Positions 1 through 8,157 of a stretch of 20,000 nt of DNA are shown in pieces. The stretch is from an uncultured virus (IMG/VR IMGVR_UViG_3300042347_000998) (taxonomy: Duplodnaviria; Heunggongvirae; Uroviricota; Caudoviricetes). Every line of letters begins with the position of its first letter. The first letter of the stretch is position 1. The notes under the pieces are model-generated. The model was not told the DNA's origin. It made no database searches and worked only from the letters and a program-made list of their open reading frames with translations. The position numbers and the translations under genes were made by a program. The DNA is taken from IMG/VR virus record IMGVR_UViG_3300042347_000998. One strand, given 5' to 3'.

Positions 1-300
1 CTGATGTTAGATTGTCCTGTCACTATGGAAACAATTGTAGTTCGTCATTTGGGAATGACTACAATTAAAGTAAGTCCTTGGATTAAAATGAGTGATGAAG
101 ATTTATTCATTGTAAATATGGATAAAATCCTAACAGTTACAGAAGTGTCTGATAAGGATTTGATTAAAATGCATACAAAATATGTAAAAGATAAAAATAG
201 AAAATCTAATAAAACAAAGTTATCAGAGAAAATGGGATACTTATCAAGCATTGCTGATGCCAGAATATCTTTAGAGAAATTATATAAATCCAATAACTAA
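1..300 (+). CDS. Conserved hypothetical phage protein, 5'-truncated by the window edge
   Basis: Open frame from the window start to TAA at 298-300. The PW...D..FIVNMDKILTVTE motif resembles small proteins upstream of gp55 in T4-like cyanophages. Confidence 0.7.
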   Translation: MMLDCPVTMETIVVRHLGMTTIKVSPWIKMSDEDLFIVNMDKILTVTEVSDKDLIKMHTKYVKDKNRKSNKTKLSEKMGYLSSIADARISLEKLYKSNN

Positions 301-333
301 AAGATATAATTTATCTTCAAACCCAACAGAGTG

Positions 334-362
334 ATTCTAGTCATATTAAATTTATTTGTCAA
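334..362 (-). promoter_or_regulatory. Sigma70-like promoter on the minus strand
   Basis: Minus strand reads TTGACA (362-357), 17 nt spacer, TAGAAT (339-334). Confidence 0.6.
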
Positions 363-384
363 GTCTTGGTTGATGTGCTAAAAT
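356..384 (+). promoter_or_regulatory. Sigma70-like promoter for gp55
   Basis: TTGTCA (356-361), 17 nt spacer, TAAAAT (379-384), with extended -10 TG at 376-377. Confidence 0.7.
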
Positions 385-396
385 GATGAGTAATTA

Positions 397-894
397 ATGG
401 CAGTTTTACTTTCTCCTCTACAAATGAATAAAATCAAAAAGAACCCACATTACGTAAATAATAAAGATTTTTATGATGCTTTAATTGTTTATAAAAACAA
501 AGTTAAAAATGCAAAGGAATCTGGATCTCCTGTTCCACCAATTTCAAATTATCTTGGTGATTGTTTCCTTAAGATTGCTACACACTTATCATATCGTCCA
601 AATTTTGTAAATTATATCTTTCGTGAGGATATGATTAGTGATGGTGTTGAAAATTGTGTTCAATATATTAATAACTTTGATATAAACAGAACAAATCCAT
701 TTGCTTATTTTACTCAAATTGTATATTATGCTTTTTTGCGTCGTATTCAAAAAGAGAAAAAGCAAATGGAAATAAAGGAAAAAATTATAGAAAGAAGTGG
801 ATACGAGCAACTTTTTTATGTGGATGATGACTCACCAAATTCTTCTGACTATAATACAATTAAAGAAAATATTCAAATGAAATCATATCAATGA
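397..894 (+). CDS. gp55: Late-transcription sigma factor (T4 gp55 family)
   Basis: Motifs HYVNNKDF, IATHLSYRPNFVNY, EDMISDGVENC and NPFAYFTQIVYYAFLRRIQKEKKQ. Lies upstream of gp47/gp46. Alternative start at 424. Confidence 0.95.
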   Translation: MAVLLSPLQMNKIKKNPHYVNNKDFYDALIVYKNKVKNAKESGSPVPPISNYLGDCFLKIATHLSYRPNFVNYIFREDMISDGVENCVQYINNFDINRTNPFAYFTQIVYYAFLRRIQKEKKQMEIKEKIIERSGYEQLFYVDDDSPNSSDYNTIKENIQMKSYQ

Positions 895-1931
895 AAATTG
901 GACTTATAACTGATACTCATTATAATTTTCGTAAAGCTAATAAGGCATTTCACGAATACTTTGAAAGATTTTATAATGATATATTTTTTCCAAACTTAAA
1001 GAAAAATAAAATTAAAACGGTTGTTCATCTTGGAGATGCCTTTGATAATCGTAAAGGAGTAGATTATTGGGCATTACAATGGGCAAAACGGAACGTATAC
1101 GATAAGTTTGAACAACTTGGAATCACTGTATACAGTATTGTTGGAAATCACGATGCATATTATAAAAATACTAATGAAGTAAATGCAATTGATGTTTTAT
1201 TAAACGAGTACTCAAACATTGTAAAAATATCAAGTCCAACTGAAATTTTTATTGATGACACTGAATGTGTTTTTTTGCCCTGGATTTGCACTGACAATGA
1301 GAAGGACACATTCTCACTATTAGAAGAATCAACTGCAAAAATTGTATTTGGTCACCTTGAACTGTCTGGATTTTCTGTTTATCCTGGACACGTTCAGGAA
1401 AACGGACTGAATAAAAATGTATTCAAAAAGTTTGATAGAGTTTTTTCTGGGCACTATCATACTTCCAGTAATGATGGCAAGATTTTTTATCTTGGGAATC
1501 CATATCAAATGTTTTGGTGTGATGTAAACGATAAAAGGGGATTTCATATTTTTGATACTGATGATTATGCATTAGAAAAAATTGAAAATCCTTACACTAT
1601 GTTTGAAAAAGTTTATTATGATGACGATAGTGAGGATATTGATTTTTCCTCACTATCAAACAAGATGATTAAACTTTTTGTACAGAAAAAAGAAAATCAT
1701 TTAAAGTTTGATAAGTTTGTAAGTCAAATTGTAAATGTAAATCCATTAGAATTTAAAATTGTTGAGAATTTTGATGTTTATGATGATGATGTGAATTCTG
1801 ATGAATTTTGTACGGAAGATACACTTAGTATTCTGGATAAATACGTTGAAGAGTCTGAATTTAATTTAAATAAAACAGTCATCAAAAATCTTTTAAGAGA
1901 TGTTTACAAAGAAGCATTAGAGATAGAGTAA
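891..1931 (+). CDS. gp47: Recombination endonuclease subunit (Mre11/SbcD-like)
   Basis: Metallophosphoesterase motifs DTH, GDAFD, GNHD, GHLE and SGHYH; synteny with gp46. Confidence 0.95.
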   Translation: MKIGLITDTHYNFRKANKAFHEYFERFYNDIFFPNLKKNKIKTVVHLGDAFDNRKGVDYWALQWAKRNVYDKFEQLGITVYSIVGNHDAYYKNTNEVNAIDVLLNEYSNIVKISSPTEIFIDDTECVFLPWICTDNEKDTFSLLEESTAKIVFGHLELSGFSVYPGHVQENGLNKNVFKKFDRVFSGHYHTSSNDGKIFYLGNPYQMFWCDVNDKRGFHIFDTDDYALEKIENPYTMFEKVYYDDDSEDIDFSSLSNKMIKLFVQKKENHLKFDKFVSQIVNVNPLEFKIVENFDVYDDDVNSDEFCTEDTLSILDKYVEESEFNLNKTVIKNLLRDVYKEALEIE

Positions 1932-2218
1932 TGTACATACTATCAATTAAAGAACAAGAAGATGAAGGTGCATATGCAGTAATGAATGAAGATGGTGATA
2001 AAACTTTGTATATATTTGAAGAAGAAGACGATGCAGAAAGATATGCTGGTCTCTTAGAAGCAGAAGACTATCCAGAGATGTCTGTGGTTGAAGTAGAAGA
2101 CGAAGTAGCAATAAAAACCTGTGAAGTATATGGATATAGTTATGCTATAATTACCCCTAATGACTTTGTAATACCCCCACGAGATTATGATTCTGTTCAA
2201 GAAAATTTCATATCGTAA
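1931..2218 (+). CDS. DUF3110-like acidic protein
   Basis: FEEEDDAERYAGLLEAEDYP...C...GY...VIPP resembles cyanobacterial DUF3110 proteins. Position between gp47 and gp46 is typical of cyanophages. Confidence 0.7.
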   Translation: MYILSIKEQEDEGAYAVMNEDGDKTLYIFEEEDDAERYAGLLEAEDYPEMSVVEVEDEVAIKTCEVYGYSYAIITPNDFVIPPRDYDSVQENFIS

Positions 2219-3902
2219 TTTTTTATCATCTGGCAATCAACCAACACAAATTAATCTCTCAGAGAATCAAACAACATTAATTGTGGGGTCTAACGGGTCT
2301 GGGAAAAGTACCTTGTTGGATGCTTTGTGTTTTGTGTTATTTAATAAAGCATTTAGAAAAATTACGAAACCTCAACTCATAAACTCAACTAACACAAAGG
2401 ATTGTTTAGTTGAGATTGAGTTTAGTATTGGAACAAAGGAATATAAAGTAGTAAGAGGAATTAAACCAAATGTTTTTGAGATTTGGGTGGATGGAATCTT
2501 ACAAAATCAGTCTTCTGCTACGGTAGACCAACAAAAACAATTGGAAGAAAGTATTCTTAAATTGAATTATAAGTCATTTACTCAAATTGTTATTTTGGGA
2601 AGTGCATCTTTTGTTCCTTTTATGCAACTTTCTGCTTCAACAAGAAGAGAAATTGTCGAAGATTTGTTGGACATAAAAATATTTTCCTCTATGAATTCTG
2701 TAATTAAAGATAAAATTCGTAAAATTAATGAAGAAATAAAGGACTCGTCTTTTCTTGAAAAGACAACAGAAGAAAAGATTGATATGCAAAAAGGTTTTAT
2801 TGAAGAACTTGAAAATCGTGGAAATAATACTATAGTTGCCAATAAAGAAAAAATTACCAATTTGGATAAAGAAATTGGTAATTATATGAAGGATAATTCT
2901 TCTATTGAAGAGAAAATTGAAAAACTTCAAAAAGAGCAGGAGGAAGTCATTGGTGCTGACGATAAATTAGAAAAACTAAACAACCTTAAGGGAAAAATCT
3001 CACAGAAAGTATCTGTCATTACTAAAGAGCATAAGTTCTTTAGTGAAAATACGGTCTGCCCCACTTGTACTCAGAATATAGAAGAAGAGTTTAGGTTAAA
3101 TAGAATTACAGACGTTCAAAATAAAGCAAAGGAACTCCAAAAGGGATTTCGTGAGATTGAAGATACAATTAAATTTGAGCAAGAACGAGAGCGTCAATTT
3201 GTTGTTCTTTCTAAGGAGATCACTAAACTTACATATGAAATTTCTCAAAACAATACTCGGATCAGTTTCAATCAAAGACAAATCCGAGAACTTGAATATG
3301 AAATTCAAACTATTACCGACAAAAGTAAAAACAGAACTTCTGAGAGAGATGAATTAAAAAAGTTAGAAAAACAACTTATTGAAATAACGAAGAATAAAGT
3401 TAAACATAAAGAAAATATTTCTTATTATGATTTTTTGCATTTATTGATGAAAGATGGTGGAATTAAGGCAAAAATTATACAAAAATATTTGCCTTCTATG
3501 AATCAACTTATCAACAAATATTTGCAATTGATGGACTTTTACATCAATTTTACTTTTGATGAAGAATTTAAAGAAATAATCAAATCCCCAATTTATGAGG
3601 ACTTTAGTTATGATTCCTTCAGTGAAGGAGAAAAGATGAGAATTAATCTTGCAATTTTGTTTACTTGGAGAGAAATTGCAAGACTTAAAAATTCTGTAAA
3701 CACTAATCTTCTTATCTTAGATGAAGTCTTTGATAGTTCTTTGGATTTTGCAGGAACTGATTACTTTACTAGAATTATTAAATTTATAATTAGTAATACT
3801 AATGTATTTGTCATATCACATAAGACAGATGAATTAGTAGATAAATTTGACAAAGTAGTTAAATTTGAGAAAGTTAAAGGATTCAGTAAAATGGTTGACT
3901 GA
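2187..3902 (+). CDS. gp46: Recombination ATPase subunit (Rad50/SbcC-like)
   Basis: Walker A GSNGSGKS, coiled coil with zinc-hook CPTC, signature FSEGEK, Walker B LLILDEVFD, and ISH. Confidence 0.96.
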   Translation: MILFKKISYRNFLSSGNQPTQINLSENQTTLIVGSNGSGKSTLLDALCFVLFNKAFRKITKPQLINSTNTKDCLVEIEFSIGTKEYKVVRGIKPNVFEIWVDGILQNQSSATVDQQKQLEESILKLNYKSFTQIVILGSASFVPFMQLSASTRREIVEDLLDIKIFSSMNSVIKDKIRKINEEIKDSSFLEKTTEEKIDMQKGFIEELENRGNNTIVANKEKITNLDKEIGNYMKDNSSIEEKIEKLQKEQEEVIGADDKLEKLNNLKGKISQKVSVITKEHKFFSENTVCPTCTQNIEEEFRLNRITDVQNKAKELQKGFREIEDTIKFEQERERQFVVLSKEITKLTYEISQNNTRISFNQRQIRELEYEIQTITDKSKNRTSERDELKKLEKQLIEITKNKVKHKENISYYDFLHLLMKDGGIKAKIIQKYLPSMNQLINKYLQLMDFYINFTFDEEFKEIIKSPIYEDFSYDSFSEGEKMRINLAILFTWREIARLKNSVNTNLLILDEVFDSSLDFAGTDYFTRIIKFIISNTNVFVISHKTDELVDKFDKVVKFEKVKGFSKMVD

Positions 3903-3923
3903 CTTTTGGTTCTTTGGTATGAT
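3895..3923 (+). promoter_or_regulatory. Sigma70-like promoter
   Basis: TTGACT (3895-3900), 17 nt spacer, TATGAT (3918-3923), with extended -10 TG. Confidence 0.7.
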
Positions 3924-3952
3924 TGATGAAGGTTACTATTGCTTTCTTTACT

Positions 3953-4348
3953 ATGTTTGGACCTGAGGACGAGAGAAATTTAAATGAGTTTACAATAAAA
4001 CTTAATGAAAAAAATGGTTTAATTGACATCAACAAAACTTCTGTGAATATGCCTGAAAATACAAATGCTAATGGTTTCTGGAAATATAATGAAGATAAAA
4101 TCCTGAAACAACTTGAACAGTACATTGCCAGTACTTATAGTCAGCACTATGTTGATAGAACTGGTGGTGGAACGGAACAAACACTAGACAAAATCAAACA
4201 CAATCGTCGTGAAGGATTTTGTGCTGGTAATGTGACCAAGTATATTGACCGTTATGATACCAAAGGAACACCAAGAGCAGACTTGTTTAAAGTTTTGCAT
4301 TATACTATTCTTTTGATTAATCATCTCAATCTCGTTGAAAACAAGTGA
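3953..4348 (+). CDS. DUF3310-like (T7 gp1.7-like) conserved phage protein
   Basis: Pattern YSQHY...EGFCAGNVTKYIDRY..K....DLFKVLHY. The start at 3953 is preferred over 3923 because the promoter -10 overlaps 3923; 4049 is also possible. Confidence 0.65.
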   Translation: MFGPEDERNLNEFTIKLNEKNGLIDINKTSVNMPENTNANGFWKYNEDKILKQLEQYIASTYSQHYVDRTGGGTEQTLDKIKHNRREGFCAGNVTKYIDRYDTKGTPRADLFKVLHYTILLINHLNLVENK

Positions 4349-4422
4349 AATTTAAATCTCAAACTATGAAACTTTCTGAAAAGACCACTAACATAAATAT
4401 TTTTCTAAATACTATTAGATGA
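4345..4422 (+). pseudogene. Orphan 5' stub of gp45, now a 25-codon upstream ORF
   Basis: GTG at 4345 overlaps the upstream stop and reads (M)KFKSQT-MKLSEKT-TNINIFLNTIR*. MKLSEKT (4366-4386) matches the gp45 start MKLSEQT at 4876 in 6 of 7 residues. Confidence 0.7.
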
Positions 4423-4434
4423 AAAATATTTATG
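4392..4434 (+). promoter_or_regulatory. 14-bp hairpin sequestering the HNH start codon and overlapping late-promoter motifs
   Basis: CATAAATATTTTTC (4392-4405) is the exact reverse complement of GAAAAATATTTATG (4421-4434). CATAAATA is at 4392-4399 and CTAAATA at 4405-4411. Confidence 0.8.
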
Positions 4435-4872
4435 CCCAAAAACGAATATAAAGACAAAACTAAAAAAGAATATCAACAAGAATGGAAATCTCAAAATAGA
4501 GAAAGGCAAAGGCAACTACAAAGAGATCACTACTACAAAAAAAAGGAATATTTGCTTGAAAACGTTGGGAGAGTATGTGTGTCCTGCGGATCAACCAAAA
4601 ATATTGAATTTGATCATATTATGCCAAGAACTTCTTCCGAAAAAGAAAAACAAACAAAACTTAGAACTGGGAATACTAGTGGTAATATAATTTGGAATAA
4701 AAGACCATCCTCCATGAGTTGGGAATGTATAAAAAAAGAAATTACAGATTTACAACCACTATGTAACGATTGCCATAGAAAAAAATCAAATGCTCAACTT
4801 TCCGCTGCTTGGGAACTTTTTTGCTCCTTATCATTGGAAGAACAAACTAAACTTACCTATTTACAATATTAA
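4432..4872 (+). CDS. Free-standing HNH endonuclease, putative homing endonuclease
   Basis: CVSCG..KNIEFDHIMP and LQPLCNDCHRKKS form a zinc-binding HNH signature. Basic N-terminal helix; very A-rich. Confidence 0.88.
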   Translation: MPKNEYKDKTKKEYQQEWKSQNRERQRQLQRDHYYKKKEYLLENVGRVCVSCGSTKNIEFDHIMPRTSSEKEKQTKLRTGNTSGNIIWNKRPSSMSWECIKKEITDLQPLCNDCHRKKSNAQLSAAWELFCSLSLEEQTKLTYLQY

Positions 4873-4875
4873 AAA

Positions 4876-5541
4876 ATGAAATTATCTGAACAAACTTTGG
4901 CAATTTTAAAAAATTTTTCTTCCATTAACCAAAGTATCCTTATCAAAAAAGGAAATAAATTGCGTAGTATTTCTGTGATGAAGAACATTCTTGCGGAAGC
5001 AGAAATTAAGGAAGAATTCCCAAAAAACTTTGCGATTTATGACCTTAACCAATTTCTAAATGGATTGGGACTACACCAAGACCCTGATCTTGACTTTGGG
5101 AATGATTCGCACGTTATTATTCGTGAAGGAAAACGTCGAGTAAAATATTTCTTTGCTGACCCTGAAGTAATTGTCTCACCACCAGAAAAAGAAATTTCAC
5201 TTCCTTCTGAAGATGTTTGTTTTCAACTAGAACATTCGCAACTTGATAAACTAATCAAAGCATCATCAGTTTATCAACTCCCAGATCTTTCTGCTGTTGG
5301 TGAATCAGGTGTAATCCGTTTGGTTGTTCGTGATAAGAAGAATGATACTTCCAACGAGTACTCTATTGTAGTTGGTGAGACTGATAAAGAATTCACTTTT
5401 AACTTCAAGGTAGAAAACATTAAGATTATTCCTGGTTCTTATGATGTAGTTGTGTCAGAAAAACTTCTGTCTAAATTCACAAACGAACGTTATAATTTGA
5501 CTTATTATATTGCTTTGGAACCTGACTCCAATTTTTCTTGA
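4876..5541 (+). CDS. gp45: DNA polymerase sliding clamp
   Basis: MKLSEQTLAILKNFSSINQSI, FAIYDLNQFL and C-terminal YYIALEPDS; synteny with gp44/gp62. Confidence 0.95.
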   Translation: MKLSEQTLAILKNFSSINQSILIKKGNKLRSISVMKNILAEAEIKEEFPKNFAIYDLNQFLNGLGLHQDPDLDFGNDSHVIIREGKRRVKYFFADPEVIVSPPEKEISLPSEDVCFQLEHSQLDKLIKASSVYQLPDLSAVGESGVIRLVVRDKKNDTSNEYSIVVGETDKEFTFNFKVENIKIIPGSYDVVVSEKLLSKFTNERYNLTYYIALEPDSNFS

Positions 5542-5557
5542 TTTTTAATTTTATATT

Positions 5558-6097
5558 ATGAATATTTTTGTCGTCGATGAATGTCCTGTAATTTCTGCTG
5601 CGGCACTTCCTGATAAACACGTAGTTAAAATGCCCCTGGAGACCTGTCAGATGGTCTCTGTCATCTTCTCCAAGTGGTACTATAATTGGGGATACATTCC
5701 CAAAAAAGACGGTCTGCCGTACAGTACAGAGAAGGGTGCGTTCCGTAATCATCCTTGTACTCAATGGGCAGCAAAATCCCACGAAAACCTTGCTTGGTTG
5801 ATTCGGCACGGATTTGCCCTTTGTAATGAGTATCGGCATCGTTATGGTAAAGACCACGCTTGTATGAAAGGACTTGAAGTAGCAGAGAATATTTTTGCTA
5901 CTAAAAGTGGAAAGGAAATTTCTATCTATAAAAATGTGGTAGAATTCACAAGGGCAATGCCCGACGAATACAAATTTGATGAAAGTATTGATACCCCAAC
6001 AGCATATCAAAAGTATGTTGCGTCTAAACCTTGGGTAAAGGACAATTACCTAAAAATTCCTGATAGAATGCCAAATTGGATTTATAATTATGCGTGA
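5558..6097 (+). CDS. Putative pyrimidine-dimer DNA glycosylase-like (DenV-related) protein
   Basis: Family pattern MNIFV.D..P...A..LPDKHVVKMPLETCQM, NHPCTQWA, LCNEYRHRYGKDH and AMPDEYK. Activity is not demonstrated. Confidence 0.65.
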   Translation: MNIFVVDECPVISAAALPDKHVVKMPLETCQMVSVIFSKWYYNWGYIPKKDGLPYSTEKGAFRNHPCTQWAAKSHENLAWLIRHGFALCNEYRHRYGKDHACMKGLEVAENIFATKSGKEISIYKNVVEFTRAMPDEYKFDESIDTPTAYQKYVASKPWVKDNYLKIPDRMPNWIYNYA

Positions 6098-7034
6098 AGA
6101 TTTTTTGTGGGTGGAAAAATGGCGACCAAAGACAATTGAAGATTGTATTTTACCAGATAATATTAAGAAGACCTTTATTGATTTTCTAAATAAGGGTGAA
6201 ATTCCAAATTTGCTTCTTGCTGGTCCTCCTGGTGTTGGTAAGACTACAGTAGCAAAGGCACTATGTAATGAGTTAGGAGTAGATTTTTATGTCATTAACG
6301 GATCTGACGAAGGACGTTTCCTGGATACTGTACGAAACCAAGCAAAGAACTTTGCTTCGACCGTCTCACTTCAAGGAACTGGTAAACACAAAGTCATCAT
6401 CATCGATGAGGCTGATAACACAGGCAACGACGTACAACTCTTACTACGGGCGAATATTGAGGCATTTTATAGCAACTGCCGATTCATCTTCACCTGTAAC
6501 TACAAGAACAAAATCATTGAACCCCTCCATTCCCGATGTGCTGTGGTCGAGTTCAGCATCAAAGGAAGAGAAAAGGCCCAGTTGGCAGGATCCTTCTTCA
6601 AGCGTCTTCAAAACATCTTGGATGAAGAGAGCATCAAATATGATCCGAAAGTACTTGCCCAACTGATAAATTCTCATTTCCCTGATTGGAGGAGAATTCT
6701 TAATGAATGTCAGAGGTATTCTACTGGAGGAAAAATAGACTCTGGCATTCTTGTATCTTTTTCGGACGTTACTGTAAATGAACTTGTTAAACATCTTAAA
6801 GAAAAAAATTTCTCAGAAGTCCGAAAGTGGGTGGTCTCCAACTTGGATAACGATTCTTCTATCATTCTTCGCAGGGTTTATGACTCTCTTTGCAGTGTTC
6901 TGCTTCCCCAATCTATTCCAGCTGCCGTTCTTATTATTGCTAAGTATCAATACCAATGTGCGTTCGTGGCTGATCAAGAAATTAACCTCCTAGCAGCATT
7001 AACTGAAATTATGTGTGAGTGTGAATTTAAATGA
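6090..7034 (+). CDS. gp44: Clamp loader large subunit (AAA+)
   Basis: LWVEKWRP, Walker A GPPGVGKTT, Walker B IIIDEAD and the SRC motif. Confidence 0.96.
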   Translation: MREDFLWVEKWRPKTIEDCILPDNIKKTFIDFLNKGEIPNLLLAGPPGVGKTTVAKALCNELGVDFYVINGSDEGRFLDTVRNQAKNFASTVSLQGTGKHKVIIIDEADNTGNDVQLLLRANIEAFYSNCRFIFTCNYKNKIIEPLHSRCAVVEFSIKGREKAQLAGSFFKRLQNILDEESIKYDPKVLAQLINSHFPDWRRILNECQRYSTGGKIDSGILVSFSDVTVNELVKHLKEKNFSEVRKWVVSNLDNDSSIILRRVYDSLCSVLLPQSIPAAVLIIAKYQYQCAFVADQEINLLAALTEIMCECEFK

Positions 7035-7237
7035 GTTTTTATAAAATTAATAAGACATCTTTTCATGAGATTCCAGCAAAAACAACACCACAGAATGTTC
7101 AAGAAGCAAATGAAGGTTTGTTTCGGGCAAAGATGACTCTTCCTGCTGCCGCAAACCATTGTGGCATGACGCAAAAAGAAATGAAATTAACCTTTTGGGA
7201 ATACTTGAAGTATCACAAACCTGATTATGAAAATTGA
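7031..7237 (+). CDS. Small conserved hypothetical protein, possibly helix-turn-helix
   Basis: 68-aa ORF overlapping both neighbours. MTLPAAANHCGMTQKEMK is HTH-like. Confidence 0.7.
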   Translation: MSFYKINKTSFHEIPAKTTPQNVQEANEGLFRAKMTLPAAANHCGMTQKEMKLTFWEYLKYHKPDYEN

Positions 7238-7613
7238 ACTTAAGGATTGGTTAAACTCAATAAATCAAACAAAAATTAATTTAATGGATGAAAATCCAGA
7301 TTCAGAAAAAGAATATCCACCCTATATCATTAATCGGTGTTTTTCTGGTCATATTGATACAGTAATGTTCTCAAATGAAATGAATATGTTTCATTCTCTT
7401 CCCAAAAAGATGCAGTATGATTTTTATATAAATAGTTTAAGGAAGAGAAAAAGATTTTCTCCTTGGATTCGTAAAGACACAATTAAAGATATTAATTGTA
7501 TTAAACTTTATTATGGATATAGTGATGAAAAGGCAAAACAAGTCTTGAGAATTTTAACACAAGAGCAAATTAATTTTATAAAATCAAAATTTGAAACTGG
7601 AGGAATGAAATGA
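7227..7613 (+). CDS. gp62: Clamp loader small subunit
   Basis: LKDWLNSINQTK, YPPYIINRC, LRKRKRFSPW and YYGYS; located between gp44 and regA. Confidence 0.93.
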   Translation: MKIELKDWLNSINQTKINLMDENPDSEKEYPPYIINRCFSGHIDTVMFSNEMNMFHSLPKKMQYDFYINSLRKRKRFSPWIRKDTIKDINCIKLYYGYSDEKAKQVLRILTQEQINFIKSKFETGGMK

Positions 7614-8050
7614 GTACTATTGTTGAACCTGTTGTGAATTGGTCACCTGATCATATGATTGAGGTGGTTCTGAATGAACCCGATGATTTTCTTAAAGTTC
7701 GTGAAACCTTGACTCGTATTGGAGTTGCATCACGGAAAGAAAAGAAAATATACCAATCTTGTCATATTCTCCATAAACAAGGTCGTTATTATATTGTTCA
7801 TTTTAAGGAACTTTTTGCCTTAGATGGTAAATATGCTAATCTGACTTTGAATGATATTCAAAGAAGAAACAGAATTATTCAATTGTTGTCGGATTGGGGT
7901 CTTATAACAGTTGTAAAAGTTGAAAAAATTGTAGATATCGCTCCTTTAAATCAAATTAAGGTTATTTCATATAAGGACAAAGGGGACTGGATTTTGGAAA
8001 CTAAATACAATATTGGTGCTAAAAAGAAAAAGGTAGAGGATGCCGAATAA
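7610..8050 (+). CDS. regA: Translational repressor RegA
   Basis: PDDFLKVRETLTRIGVAS and QSCHILHKQGRYYIVHFKELFALDG. Confidence 0.96.
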   Translation: MSTIVEPVVNWSPDHMIEVVLNEPDDFLKVRETLTRIGVASRKEKKIYQSCHILHKQGRYYIVHFKELFALDGKYANLTLNDIQRRNRIIQLLSDWGLITVVKVEKIVDIAPLNQIKVISYKDKGDWILETKYNIGAKKKKVEDAE

Positions 8051-8082
8051 AAAAAGGACGGGTTTCTTGCCCGTCTTTTTTT
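8051..8082 (+). terminator. Intrinsic terminator, possibly bidirectional
   Basis: A-tract, stem GACGGG (8057-8062) / CCCGTC (8070-8075), then T7. Confidence 0.85.
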
Positions 8083-8157
8083 ATAAACTCTTATAATTAT
8101 ATAAGGATGCCGAAAGGATCCACAAAACACAAACTCGCTTTTAAAGGAGCTACAATA

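Noticed and set aside
3923..3952. ORF-track start at 3923
   Set aside because: It overlaps the -10 box of the predicted promoter, so it would lie upstream of the transcript start.
4387..4896. Group I intron or translational bypass joining the gp45 stub to downstream gp45
   Set aside because: The HNH ORF fills almost the whole interval, leaving no room for an intron core, and downstream gp45 has its own complete N-terminus.
8037..8114. 11-bp direct repeat AGGATGCCGAA at 8037 and 8104, flanking the terminator
   Set aside because: It is short, has only two copies, and no mobile element lies between them, so chance cannot be excluded.
8107..8157. N-terminal extension of Hsp20 given in the ORF track
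   Set aside because: The SD AAGGAG precedes ATG 8158, while ATG 8107 lies in a hairpin at the probable transcript 5' end.
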